The notes under the pieces are model-generated. The model worked only from the letters and a program-made list of their open reading frames with translations. It did not search any database and was not told the origin of the DNA. The translations under genes and the position numbers were made by a program. From Tubiluchus corallicola (lineage: Eukaryota; Animalia; Priapulida), in the NCBI GenBank assembly GCA_030141605.1, contig JAQGDQ010001827.1:1-23998 (forward strand): DNA of 23,998 nucleotides, given 5' to 3'. Shown in pieces: positions 11,293-23,570 of this stretch (position 1 is the stretch's first letter; each line of letters starts with the position of its first letter).

Positions 11293-11656
11293 GTTAGATT
11301 CTGGTACAGCCACAAGTACTCAATAACAGTAGCAGTCTTGTACAACCTACCATTAAGTTTTGGGTTCCATCTCGGGGCATAGTTAGTGTTTATTAATCTC
11401 TCGGGTTTAATCAAAACGAACGCAATTTGTTGGTACTGTATTGTACCGTTAGATGCTGGTACAGCCACAAGTACTCAATATGGGTAACATTCTTGTATAA
11501 CTTGTCATTGTGTCGGGTTCCATCTCGCGGGATAGTTAGTGTTTATTAATCTCTCAGGTTTAATCAAAACGAACGTAATTTGTTGGTACTGTATTGTACC
11601 GTTAGGTGCTGGTACAGCCACAAGTACTCAATATTGGTAACAGTCTTGTACAACCT
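11293..11656. repeat. Tandem repeat of about 154 bp, about 2.4 copies
   Basis: GTTAG..CTGGTACAGCCACAAGTACTCAATA recurs at 11293, 11448 and 11601. Confidence 0.9.
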
Positions 11657-11811
11657 TTTATTGATTTCATGCCATGCATTTATTCGGCGGATGGATACAC
11701 ACCAAAAACGAAATGTAGTACTTGCCCTCGGTTGAGATGCTCCTTGCCGAGGTGAGATTGTACACAACACACGATTGGTTGATTACACTGTAGTATAAGT
11801 ATAAAATAAGT

Positions 11812-11955
11812 ATAGCGTCCCTACTTCGCGGAAATTCACTTATCGCGGGCGGGTCTGGAACAAGAACGCCCGCGATAAGCGAGGGAACACCCGCGATAAG
11901 TGAGGGAACGCCCGCGATAAGCGAGGGAACGCCCGCGATAAGTGAGGGAACACTG
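11812..11955. mobile_element. Right end of a Tc1/mariner (Tigger-like) element with 4 x 21-bp amplification of terminal sequence
   Basis: GAACRCCCGCGATAAGYGAGG x4 (11864-11947), then GAACACTG|TA; inverted subterminal TCACTTATCGCGGGCG upstream; matching left TIR not found. Confidence 0.65.
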
Positions 11956-12158
11956 TATATCATTTTTTAAATGATATCGATAAGCGTAAATAAGCAAAAC
12001 TAAAACGTACATCTCGATACTGCGTGCGTGCGTGTGCGTGTGTGTGTGAGGATCCGTAGATCATTAATTGCGGCCCAAAAAATCTACTTAAACTTTAAAT
12101 TATTGAACAAATATAGTAAAAATATTGTTGGAATAGACCTTGTTAGAGTAGAAATTTT

Positions 12159-14085
12159 TGTGAGGATCCATCTGCCAATTATCGATTAGTTTTAAAAAAC
12201 ACAAATTTCACATAAATAACAAGTATCTATGTGATAGAGTAACTTGACACACAGGTTGAGAAATACAGCATCAAACATCACTCTGCTGAACATTAGTAAC
12301 TCATTTTTTTCTTACTAATTAACTAACATTTGCATACCAGGCAAAAAGTCAGTTCAGATGTTATTATCATTGAAGTGAATTTTGAAAATAATAACTAGAA
12401 ATATAATAGATCATTGTCCTGGCAATAATGTTATTTTAATGTTCTGCATAAAGCTCAGCTTCGTAGTCATTAATTCAGACCTGGATTAACAATTAAGCAA
12501 AATAAGCACGTGCTTAGGCTGTGGAAGTTGGAATTGTACATTATAATTAGGTGTTGCCATCTATGGGCTAATCCTGTTACATTCTACCAGCTGACTTACC
12601 CCCATTATAATTGTATGCATTCACTGGTTTTCTCCCTATTTTAAAGTAATGGTTGTTGTGAAGCCTGTGCAAGTCTGCATAGGTCACTTATACCTCTATA
12701 TACTGACTGGTTTTGCTTTCTAGTCACTCTCTCACTCTCACTCTCAGTGCTCAGTGCAGGACACTCTAACTCTCAGTGCTCAGTGCAGCAGTCTCTCACT
12801 CTCTCACTCTCAGTGCTCAGTGCAGGACTCTCTAACTCTCAGTGTTCAGTGCAGGACACTCTCACTCTCAGTGTTTAGTGCAGGACACTCTCACTCTCAG
12901 TGTTCAGTGCAGGACACTCTCACTCTCATTGTTCACTGCAGGAGACTCTCACTCTCACTCTCAGTGTTCAGTGCAGGAGGCTCTCACTCTCAGTGTTCAG
13001 TGCAGAACACTCTCACTCTCATTGTTCAGTGCAGGACACTCTCACTCTCATTGTTCAGTGCAGGACACTCTCACTCTCAGTGCTCAGTGCAGGACACTCT
13101 CACTCTCAGTGCTCAGTGCAGGACACTCTCACTCTCAGTGTTCAGTGCAGGACACTCTCACTCTCATTGTTCAGTGCAGGACACTCTCACTCTCATTGTT
13201 CAGTGCAGGACACTCTCACTCTCAGTGCTCAGTGCAGGACAAGCTCACTCTCAGTGTTCAGTGCAGGACACTCTCACTCTCAGTGTTCAGAGCAGGACAC
13301 TCTCACTCTTAGTGTTCAGTGCAGGACACTCTCACTCTCAGTGTTCAGTGCAGGACACTCTCACTCTCATTGTTCAGTGCAGGACACTCTCACTCTCAGT
13401 GTTCAGTGCAGGACACTCTCACTCTCATTGTTCAGTGCAGGACACTCTCACTCTCATTGTTCAGTGCAGGACACTCTCACTCTCAGTGCTCAGTGCAGGA
13501 CACTCTCACTCTCACTCTCATTGTTCAGTGCAGGACACTCTCACTCTCATTGTTCAGTGCAGGACACTCTCACTCTCAGTGCTCAGTGCAGGACACTCTC
13601 ACTCTCACTCTCAGTGCTCAGTGCAGGACACTCTCACTCTCACTCTCAGTGTTCAGTGCAGGACACTCTCACTCTCAGTGTTCAGTGCGGGACACTCTCA
13701 CTCTCAGTGTTCAGTGCAGGACACTCTCACTCTCAGTGTTCAGTGCAGGACACTCTCACTCTCAGTGTTCAGTGCAGGACACTCTCACTCTCAGTGCTCA
13801 GTGCAGGACACTCTCACTCTCAGTGTTCAGTGCAGGACACTCTCACTCTCAGTGTTCAGTGCAGGACACTCTCACTCTCAGTGTTTAGTGCAGGACACTC
13901 TCACTCTCACTCTCAGTGTTCAGTGCAGCAGTCATGCTACTCATGTGTCTGTAGTTTAATAAACACTTTTCTGTTGTGTGCAGTGCAAATATGTATTATA
14001 TATTTTTTATTCTTGTTCATACATCTGTGCCTAAACTCAATCATAACAAAGTGAGTGATCTACAACTTCAAACATGACTTTCACA
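12159..14085 (+). mobile_element. Solo-LTR-like element containing the 29-bp minisatellite
   Basis: Homologous to 4009-4252 on both sides of the minisatellite; ends ACTTTCACA. Candidate starts TGTGAGGATCC at 12159 or 12045 give TGTGA...TCACA termini. No TSD found, so the left boundary is uncertain. Confidence 0.45.
12725..13928. repeat. 29-bp minisatellite, about 40 copies
   Basis: Unit CAGTGCAGGACACTCTCACTCTCAGTGTT, with variants (CATTGTT, GTGCT, and 35-bp units carrying an extra CTCACT). Confidence 0.98.
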
Positions 14086-14376
14086 TAGGCCTCAGGGGAA
14101 GAAGGGCCCGCACACAGCTTTTACAATTCAAATAATTACCAGAAAGTAAAATGCAGGATTATGGCGTCGCAGTCGAAGTTGGAAGTAAATTTATTGAATA
14201 AGGGCTCACAGCTGTTGAAAATTATTATATCGTAATATGAGTGATCGTTTATGGATTTGTTTACCATATGACTGTACGGATATAATATTATACATACGTA
14301 TTATATGTACATGTGTATATATAACAAAAAATGTGACATTGGATTAAAAAAACAAGATGACTCTAAGGAGAATCTA

Positions 14377-14783
14377 ACTTGGAGACATTTTTATTCTTAC
14401 AATCTTAGCAAACTCAAGGTTGCATATAATGTATCAACACGGAAGCTGTTTAACTTTTCATATGATACGAGCGCAAGATATATTTCTACTAGACTTAATA
14501 TTATTTATTTTGATGTTATTCACAGAAAATGTGCATACAGTTTATACGTCAGGCTGAATAAGAGTGAAAATTTTATATGCAAGAACATTTTAAACAGTGA
14601 TGCAAACTTTACTTCTGTAAGAAAAACGTGTTAGATGTCATTGGCGTAGTTTGTTATATCGGTAATTGTTATTTGTGTTATTGTTGTGTGTCATGATTTA
14701 TTGTATTATTTGTATTAATTTGTAATGTGTATATGAACTTTGTAACTTTGTGAAGTTTGAAATAAAATATTAAATCTAAAAAA
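14377..14783 (+). mobile_element. 5'-truncated non-LTR retrotransposon (CR1/L2 group-like) 3' end
   Basis: Peptide WRHFYSYNLSKLKVAYNVSTRKLF...SA...FDVIHRKCAYSLYVRLNKSENFICKNILNS resembles the post-RT C-terminus of such LINEs; T-rich 3' UTR, AATAAA at 14761, A-rich tail; possible TSD AATCTA (14371-14376 / 14784-14789). Confidence 0.7.
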
Positions 14784-15172
14784 AATCTAGCAAGGATATC
14801 CGTTCAGCTTATCTAGATGTGAACTAGATATCAATAAACATAAAAAACTTATTACAAAAGATCAACATAATATATAGTGAACAAAACGTATCCTAGCAAC
14901 CCGTGTAAATACTGTCATGTTATTTCTTAGGGAAATTGATTTTTTACAGAAATCAATGTTGACCCATTTAATGTCTTGTGTTTTAATCTGATGCTACTTT
15001 TTATACAGTGTAAAGCTGATTTCCCAACACTTACTGTAAAAGATCTTACTTTTTTTTTAATTTCCAAACACGGAATGTCCTTCTACAGTGTAGTATTGTT
15101 TTTATTCTGAATTACACATATATGGGGGTACCAAAACAACAGTTAAATATGCATGATTGTAAAACACCTAAA

Positions 15173-15332
15173 CAGGGCCTATCTCGGGAGGGTGAAGTGG
15201 GGCTACTTCCCCCGGGCCTCACCCTCCAGGGGGCCTCGCGCCAAGATAACATTTTTTTGCTTTATGTGAACATACTGCCTCCTCTCTCCCTCTCTCTCTC
15301 TCTCCTCTCTCTCTCTCCCCCCCTCTCTCTCT

Positions 15333-15383
<51 letters not shown>

Positions 15384-15647
15384 TCTCTCTTTCTCGCCGC
15401 ACGCAAGCCATTTACCAGTATTGACAAGGACTGGTCTTGACAATAAAACAGTTTTTCTTTCAATTTTTCTTTCATTTAACAACTGTATAACTCCATATTT
15501 TCTCTTCGAAAATGCTTCTCCAGCGTTCTAGCAGTTCAAAAATTTTCTGGGCGTCAACCACGGTAGCGCCCGCCCCCGGCGCTCCCCCCCGAGGAGGCCT
15601 CACACGCCCCACTTCCCCGGGTCTCGCTTAGGCTGAAATAGGCCCTG
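15173..15647 (-). mobile_element. hAT-type MITE family B, complete, with internal (CT)n
   Basis: TIR CAGGGCCTATCTC / GAAATAGGCCCTG; TSD CACCTAAA (15165-15172, 15648-15655). Confidence 0.95.
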
Positions 15648-15932
15648 CACCTAAATATGCTGAGGAATCTCTTACATACACTATTCTTAATATGATTGAT
15701 GAATTCCACAGTAATAATATATTTAAGTTGTTTAATAGTGAAAATTATGGCTTAAGCTGTAAGGTGATATAATACTAAAAGAGCATTATGTCTCTTCTTA
15801 TTAACAACTCGTGTAATTTAACTGAATGCCCATTGCATTAATGTAACTAAGTGACCATTTTAATGTCAACTGTCATCTTTAAGCACTTAGGGACAACAGT
15901 CTGCAAATTTCTGTTTCTTTCTTAACGACACT

Positions 15933-16018
15933 CAGGGCCGGAATTAGATGTGGCAAGCGGGGGGGGGGGGATTTTGACAGGGGGTGCGCCCCCCTCGCTC
16001 CCCCTAGTTCCGCCCCTG
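15933..16018. mobile_element. Minimal 86-bp hAT-type MITE
   Basis: TIR CAGGGCCGGAATTAG / CTAGTTCCGCCCCTG (13/15); TSD ACGACACT / ACCACACT (7/8). Confidence 0.8.
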
Positions 16019-16260
16019 ACCACACTTGATTGTATTTAGAATTATCACGGATTCATTGAATAAAGTAAGCAGCATGATTGTGTAAACATTAGTTCAGAAT
16101 AAAGAATGCTCTAAAATATTGAAAACTACAATAGCTTTTTTGGATGAAATGGTATGGATGAAAAAAAACCAGTGTCGAAGTAGTAAAATATACTGCTGGC
16201 ATGTAGCAGGCAAAAAGTACGGAGTCCATTACTGGGCGCCTTAACTGAAAGTTTCGCAAT

Positions 16261-16478
16261 TTGGTTGACAGGTGTCGCCACCAGTACGCTGTACGATGCG
16301 CCGCTTGCTGTGTGGTTATCTCGATACGAAGATGTCATTCGCACGTTTGTGTACTTGCAAACCAAAACCTTGGTTGACAGGTGTCGCCACCAGTACGCTG
16401 TACGATGCGCCGTTTGCTGTGTAATTATCTCGATACGAAGATGTCATTCGCACGTTTGTGTACTTGCAAACCAAAACC
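16261..16478. repeat. 109-bp tandem duplication
   Basis: TTGGTTGACAGGTGTCGCC...CAAACCAAAACC at 16261-16369 and 16370-16478, with only a few substitutions. Confidence 0.95.
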
Positions 16479-17121
16479 GTCCATAAGTCAGCATAGTTAA
16501 AACAACGTTATGATGCTTCTAAGTAAAATGCACCAAAATTTTGGTCTAATGCTAATTTTTTGTTTTTTTTATATAAGAACAAACGCTAAATATATTGGAC
16601 TTTTATATTTTAGCATCAAATTAACAAGAAAATGTCCAAAAAATACCAAAAATTTAATTTTATAACCCCGTATCCTCTTTTCTGTCTAAAAACTAGTACT
16701 GCAATTGTGAAAAACTTCTATTTTAAAACTCCTATAGTAGCTCGGGAAGCTGTCATTTTGCTTCGGCGTTTTTTATGTTGCCAAACCCTGATCTTTGTCA
16801 GGAAGAGCCATCTGTTGGATTTAAACATAACTTCAATGTGCTCTTGCAAAGTCCATAGCAACCACACTTTCGTACTTGCAATTATTTATTCCATGTGTAA
16901 TCTATATAAACGACATTTGTAAGAGCCTAGTTGCCATTTTGTTTGCTTCAGCGCGTCTAACTGTATGATAAAGTGCAATATAATGACATTAAATATCCAA
17001 TTCTTTTTGTCGAAATGAATGTTGATTCTAAATGAATTTTGAAATAGGCCTGTACATTGTTACCCCTGTAGCAGGAAAACTGAAACAGTATAATTCATTA
17101 TGGTAATAATTGCGATTTTAA

Positions 17122-17586
17122 CCCTTTCATACCCGTTGTATCCCGTGGGATACGAGAATATTTTTAAAATTATTAAGCGAAAATTAATAAAAATTTTAAA
17201 ACTGACAGTTATTTGATCTGTTAATAGTTATTTTGATTTAAGCCAATAACAATAGACTAACAATGGTGATAAAATGGCAAACTAGAAAATCTACATAGCA
17301 TAAAAAACTGCGCAAGGTACAGTACTTTAGAGACGACTTTGTACAGATCAGCATAGCATGCATACTAAATGTCTTAAATACTTAAAAAAATTATCAGCAG
17401 TTGCAAAATGAAGCACATTTTATGCTTCCATTGAATCCCAATGTATCCCGTGGGATACAGGTTATATTTAGCACGCGGGCACAGGTAGAAAAAATAATTA
17501 TTATGTGTAAACAAGATGGACATACTAAACAAAAGTACCAAGCCAAAAAAAATTCTTATTAGAAAAATAATTTGGGACTGAAAGGG
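17122..17586. mobile_element. piggyBac-like MITE
   Basis: TTAA|CCCTTTCA...TGAAAGGG|TTAA; palindrome GTATCCCGTGGGATAC at 17138-17153 and 17443-17458. Confidence 0.85.
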
Positions 17587-17604
17587 TTAACCAAAGTGCA
17601 TAGT

Positions 17605-18169
17605 TATTTTATTGGTCAACGCGAGCATCACGTGACAGCCCTAAGCTGTTTCCCATTGGCATTTCGACAGCTTGTAAAGGTCACGTGATTACTATAAGGC
17701 GTTGCCATAAGGCAGCTGCAACAGTTAGACTCATTGGCAGTTTTCATGCGTGTTTGCGGCCAGCGTGGTTTCACTGAAATTTTGAGTGTCATTCTTACTC
17801 TGGACTTTAATAATTGCACGTTTCACTGAAATTTCATTATTTGCATTTTGTAACTCGTAGCTGGCACGCTTGTAGATTGTACTAAACTAATCGAAGAGTG
17901 TATTACTAATTTATTTGTCCACATTTTAATAAATACAAATCTAACGCATCGCGTTGATTGCTGACGTCACGACAGGTGCAGAAACGATGATCGGTAGGGG
18001 GTGCTAAACCACTTATTTGCAGAATCGTTTAGTGAGCAAATCTCGCGAGTAAAACGAGGATCTCTCTATCTCTGTGTTAGGTCTTAGACATTACCTTGAA
18101 CAATGTAATTAGCGAATCAACGTGCAGTGAATAATTGTGCGTTTATACCAGGAGTCAAGGACTGTTATT
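17605..18169 (+). promoter_or_regulatory. Putative promoter/5'-UTR of the ITIH-like gene
   Basis: CpG-rich relative to flanks; TCACGTGA E-boxes at 17628 and 17681; ATTGG (reverse CCAAT) at 17611, 17655 and 17733; CRE TGACGTCA at 17962-17969; TCTCGCGAG at 18041. Confidence 0.5.
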
Positions 18170-18301
18170 ATGGATAACGTGTTAAGTCTACGCGTGTGCA
18201 TCTTGCAGGTTTTTGTTTTCGTAATTTTGTTTCGTCCTATTCAAGTTTCTATCCGTACAAGAACTATGGATACGTCTGCAGGAGATCTTTCGGGCCACCA
18301 G
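18170..18301 (+). CDS. ITIH-like gene, probable first coding exon (signal peptide)
   Basis: MDNVLSLRVCILQVFVFVILFRPIQVSIRTRTMDTSAGDLSGHQ has a hydrophobic leader; donor CAG|GTACGT in phase 0 is compatible with the exon at 21849. The linkage is inferred. Confidence 0.65.
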
Positions 18302-18645
18302 GTACGTGTCTGTACAATAGTCTGTTACTAAATTACAATAGTAATTTACCTATTAGTATTACATAGACATAGATATTTTATTTATCTCCTGATTTACCCC
18401 AGAATACAAATAGACTATTATTGCTGTAGTTATTAATTAAAACGGATGAATTTTGCATAAGGAAAGAGTTAGGGGTACAAGAGAAAGAGTAGCGAAAGAC
18501 ATTGGTCATCAACTCAGCTACCATTCTCAGGTTAGTGTAAGTTGTAAAAAATGGGCTATCATATCTAAAAAAATAATCAGAGCATTCGTAGCTCACAAGT
18601 CACAAACTAATTAAAATTTTAAATTACTGTATCTTGTCAATAAGA

Positions 18646-19041
18646 TTAAAAATACGTTTTTTGGTTAGTAAGTGGTGCACCCTGGAGGGTGAATCAGCGA
18701 CATTTTACCAATTGGTGAAAACATTTTAAATAATTAATAATTTTCTTTTCTAGTTACATATGCCTTTCTAGTAGGTAAGCGAAAATTTAAGTAATATAGA
18801 TTTGCATGGAAAGTGTTTTGAGATATAATTTAACATTGCCTTTTCTTCCCTTGATTTACGTTTGGTACATGACGTCATGTAATAGCGACTTGGGAACAGT
18901 ATTGCGGGAGATTTAAAATGAGAACAAACTAAAATTCCTTTCAGTGCGAGTAAGATATACGCATAAAATTGCTAAAATGTAATATAATTTTCTTAAGGCC
19001 ATTTTTCTGAAACCTACATTAGGTACCCCTTTTCTTGCCCT
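18646..19041 (-). mobile_element. Second, longer copy of the Kolobok-like element, inverted
   Basis: Inverted homology to 5293-5508; ends CTTGCCCT|TTAA at 19041-19045; other end not resolved. Confidence 0.5.
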
Positions 19042-19452
19042 TTAAAGCTGCCCTGTTTGGTTAAGACACTGTCAGCACGCTTCAAAGATGGACATCTGTA
19101 ATAACATCTTTAATAACATATCTGTAATAACATCTTTAACGATTGCACTACCGTGTTTGCTATAATATATAATCTCGCGGATTGTTTGAAGGAAAGAGTT
19201 TTTCATGAAAAGTAGGCACACGTTGTCGCCCTGTCGGGGCTTCTACGCTCGCTTTTTGGGATAGTGAAATTATTATAACAAGAGTTATCTTAATTTTACA
19301 TACTATTAACAAATAATAGTCTTTCTATCTTTTATATTATCTCATATATGAGCTTCATTCATTACATCATTCCATTTTAAGCACTAATGGTTTTTTTATC
19401 ATACGATTCACTTTAAATTTTCGGATTATTTCCATTACCTTTTTTCTTTCAC

Positions 19453-19514
19453 AGTGTGGGACAATCTAACAAGCCCTGCTTTTAGTGTGGGACAATCTAA
19501 CAAGCTCTGCTTTT
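19453..19514. repeat. 31-bp tandem duplication
   Basis: AGTGTGGGACAATCTAACAAGCYCTGCTTTT x2, followed by GATTGCCCACA, which can pair back with TGTGGGACAATC. Confidence 0.85.
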
Positions 19515-19611
19515 TGATTGCCCACAACACATTTACCTTTGTGTATAAGTGAACATAGTGCGAGCCTTTTCCTGTGCAGTATTTCTTATTTGTATTACGT
19601 TCATTGTAGGC

Positions 19612-20069
19612 CAGGGGTGTGCAAATTATCTGACTAGCCGAGCCACATTAAACTTTCCCACAATTCTTGGGGATTTGATCAAGGAGGAAATACAGTGGGG
19701 CCTAATAACGATTTTTTTGCATCCGACCTGCGTACATCATTACTACTACGCTCAAGAAACTATTTTAGAAGTTATTGAAATTTATATTACAAACCATATA
19801 TTTCTACTTTCAGGACAGATAGTGGTAATTTCATTACAATGCATATTAGTAATGTGTATCACACAGTCTGTGTAGTACAGTGACATTAAGCTACAACCGT
19901 CTTGTAAGGGTTAATGGCATCCGATCTAGTAAAAAAAAACTACCCGCACTATCTTTGGGATCGTGGCACGGACTTCAGCTGGATACACTCAATTAGTCGC
20001 CCGGACCGCACTTTCATTAGGTTGACAAATCTCTTCGCGGGCCCGCGGGCTGCAATTTGCACACCCCTG
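19612..20069. mobile_element. hAT (Charlie/Buster-like) MITE
   Basis: 16-bp perfect TIR CAGGGGTGTGCAAATT / AATTTGCACACCCCTG; TSD TTGTAGGC / TTGTACGC (7/8). Confidence 0.93.
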
Positions 20070-20436
20070 TTGTACGCCCTTTCACTAGATATTGTACACG
20101 AAACTACTGTAAATGTGTAATGTGAAATAAATGACTTATTATACACATTTTTGTTCTTCCCGACTGCCGACTAAATGCCAGTCGTTTATGTCAAGTAAGA
20201 CATGTGAGCAAACTTTGTGGATGCAACCTGTTGCTATAGCAACCAGACTAAGTAAATAGATGAAATTCTCAAAGTCGCCCAGGGCTTGGTTTTGACTGTG
20301 CAGTGTTTATTGCTTAACCACTGCCTAGGCTTGAACACTAACGAAAGAGAATCCGCTATAGCTAGGTAATGGTAGATAAGATATACAGGTGGTTAATTAA
20401 GTTTTTAATCTATTATTTAATTATCGGTGACGGTTT

Positions 20437-21735
<1,299 letters not shown>

Positions 21736-21848
21736 CAGTATTAATTATGTTAGGATTTGTACTTTTTACAGGACTTGAAAATGGGGTGGAATATGAAAAA
21801 TCATCCTGTCTTTCTTTGAGTTTGATGTAACTGTTTATTTTCCTTCAG

Positions 21849-22018
21849 CTGAATGAACCGAACGTGATCTCATATCACGTAAAGTCAGACATTCGACACA
21901 GGTACGCCGTCACGGTGATAACCTTGACCTTGGAAAGTACAAGTCAAGACGGGAAATCTCAGCTCAAATCTTTCTCGCTCAACCTGCCAAAGGAGGCCGT
22001 TATTTCTAACTTCACCGT
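21849..22018 (+). CDS. Inter-alpha-trypsin inhibitor heavy chain-like gene, exon encoding the N-terminal half of the VIT domain
   Basis: Acceptor TTTTATTTTCCTTCAG|, donor |GTAAGT (phase 2). LNEPNVISYHVKSDIRHRYAVTVITLTLESTSQDGKSQLKSFSLNLPKEAVISNFT matches the ITIH VIT pattern (S..V.S.I..R[FY]A.T..T...F...LP..A.I.NF). Missed by the ORF track; later exons not found in the window. Confidence 0.88.
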
Positions 22019-22153
22019 GTAAGTTAATTGATTTTCGCCTGTCTATCAATTAGGGTGTTCATTTTTGGAATACGAATGAGTGGAAAAGGGTAACAAGAAA
22101 GAAAAATAAAACAGGAAAAGAGAAAAGATGAAAAACAAGAGTTTTGCTGCTTG

Positions 22154-22386
<233 letters not shown>

Positions 22387-23079
22387 TCCTTCTTTTCCAT
22401 GTAAGGGGCTAGAATAATCTTTCTTTTTCATTTTCTTTCCTTACTTTACTTTTTATATGAGACTAGAAATAAAAATAATAATTTGCTCGTTTAATTTGTA
22501 TAATAAATAAATCCCAGTGTAGAGTAAGCCACTGATTTAAAACCAAATATGCAAAATTGAAAATTGCTGATAATTGAAGTTTGCACAGCTCAATTCAACT
22601 CAGTTCGTCCTCAATTGAGGACCTCAGATACAGTACGCACCCTCTAAGCATACCAGTGCAGCTGTATCTCACAATATTATTTAACTTTAATTTTCAGCCT
22701 CGCGAGTAGATCAACTTATCAGCTATATACTTGATAGTAAGGTTATTAAACATTTATAAATTCTTCAAGAGCATTTTATCAAAACAAGTCTTGCCAGTAG
22801 CCTGCTCATTTGTGATAACAGGAAATTATTGGAATTTTAAAGTCTGAACTATTTTTGAACTAATCATACCACCCTGGAAGAATGCGTGGGGTCCGTGGCT
22901 GCAACGCAAATACCATCAAACTTAAAACTTTAAAATAATAAGTCAATGCCCCTAGTCATAGGACGTCATTGCCCCTAGTTATAGGACGTTGTCTCCTAAG
23001 GAATATGTCTCTGATTCTGAGAGGGGTCAGAAAACAATATCCACTACGAATTAAGCCATCTTAGTAGAAAGGTACAGGG

Positions 23080-23154
23080 TAACCTAACCACGGGGGGGGG
23101 GGCAAACCAGCCCAACTCAGTGCCGGTCCCAAGCCCGGATAAATAGGGAGGTTT
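23080..23154 (+). ncRNA. Twister self-cleaving ribozyme (type P1 with P3), possibly degenerate
   Basis: U^AA-CCUA-ACC-[P3 GGGC AAACCA GCCC]-UGCCGGUCCCAAGCCCGGAUAAA-UAGG-GAGG. Core 23121-23143 matches the eukaryotic (rice-type) twister core as I recall it; P2 CCUA/UAGG pairs fully. Confidence 0.82.
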
Positions 23155-23570
23155 AGGGTCGGAAAGGGCATCCGCTTGTAAAAACTGCGCCAAAACCTTC
23201 CATGAATGAGCCGGTGAGATTTAAAGGTAAAGTCCACAAAGAAGTGGTCAGACCCGCTCTAAGCTATGGGCTGGAAGCAGCTTCTCTAAAGAAGACCGAA
23301 GAGAAGAAAATGGGTGTGATGGAGATGAGGATGTTGAGATGGATGGTGGGAATAACAAGAAGAGATAAAATTAGAAATAATATTATCAGAGGAACAGTAA
23401 AAGTAGTGGAAGCCTCGCAAGATTGCGATGGTATGGACACCTGAAAAGAAGAGTCGGTGAAGATCATGTGGGAAGGGAAGACATAAATGAAGAGATGGTC
23501 AACAACAGGAATGCGTGGAGAAGACTCATTCACAACGGCGACCCCGAATAGGGAAAAGCTGGGAAGAAGA
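23081..23570 (+). mobile_element. Non-autonomous bipartite RTE-clade retroelement (5' UTR fused to RT C-terminus and 3' tail)
   Basis: 18-bp TSD AGTAGAAAGGTACAGGGT (23063-23080, 23571-23588); RTE C-terminal peptides KGKVHKEVVRPALSYGLE...EMRMLRWMVGITRRDKIRN..IR, RLRWYGH (frameshifted) and WRRLIHNGDP*; (GAA)n tail. Confidence 0.92.

Noticed and set aside
12754-14054. 189-401 aa Ser/His/Cys-rich ORFs
   Set aside because: The 29-bp unit lacks plus-strand stops, so all frames are open and cycle through the same peptide; no splice or domain evidence.
22683-22740. TTTTCAG acceptor as ITIH exon 3
   Set aside because: The required phase-2 frame gives no VIT-like residues and stops after 11 codons.
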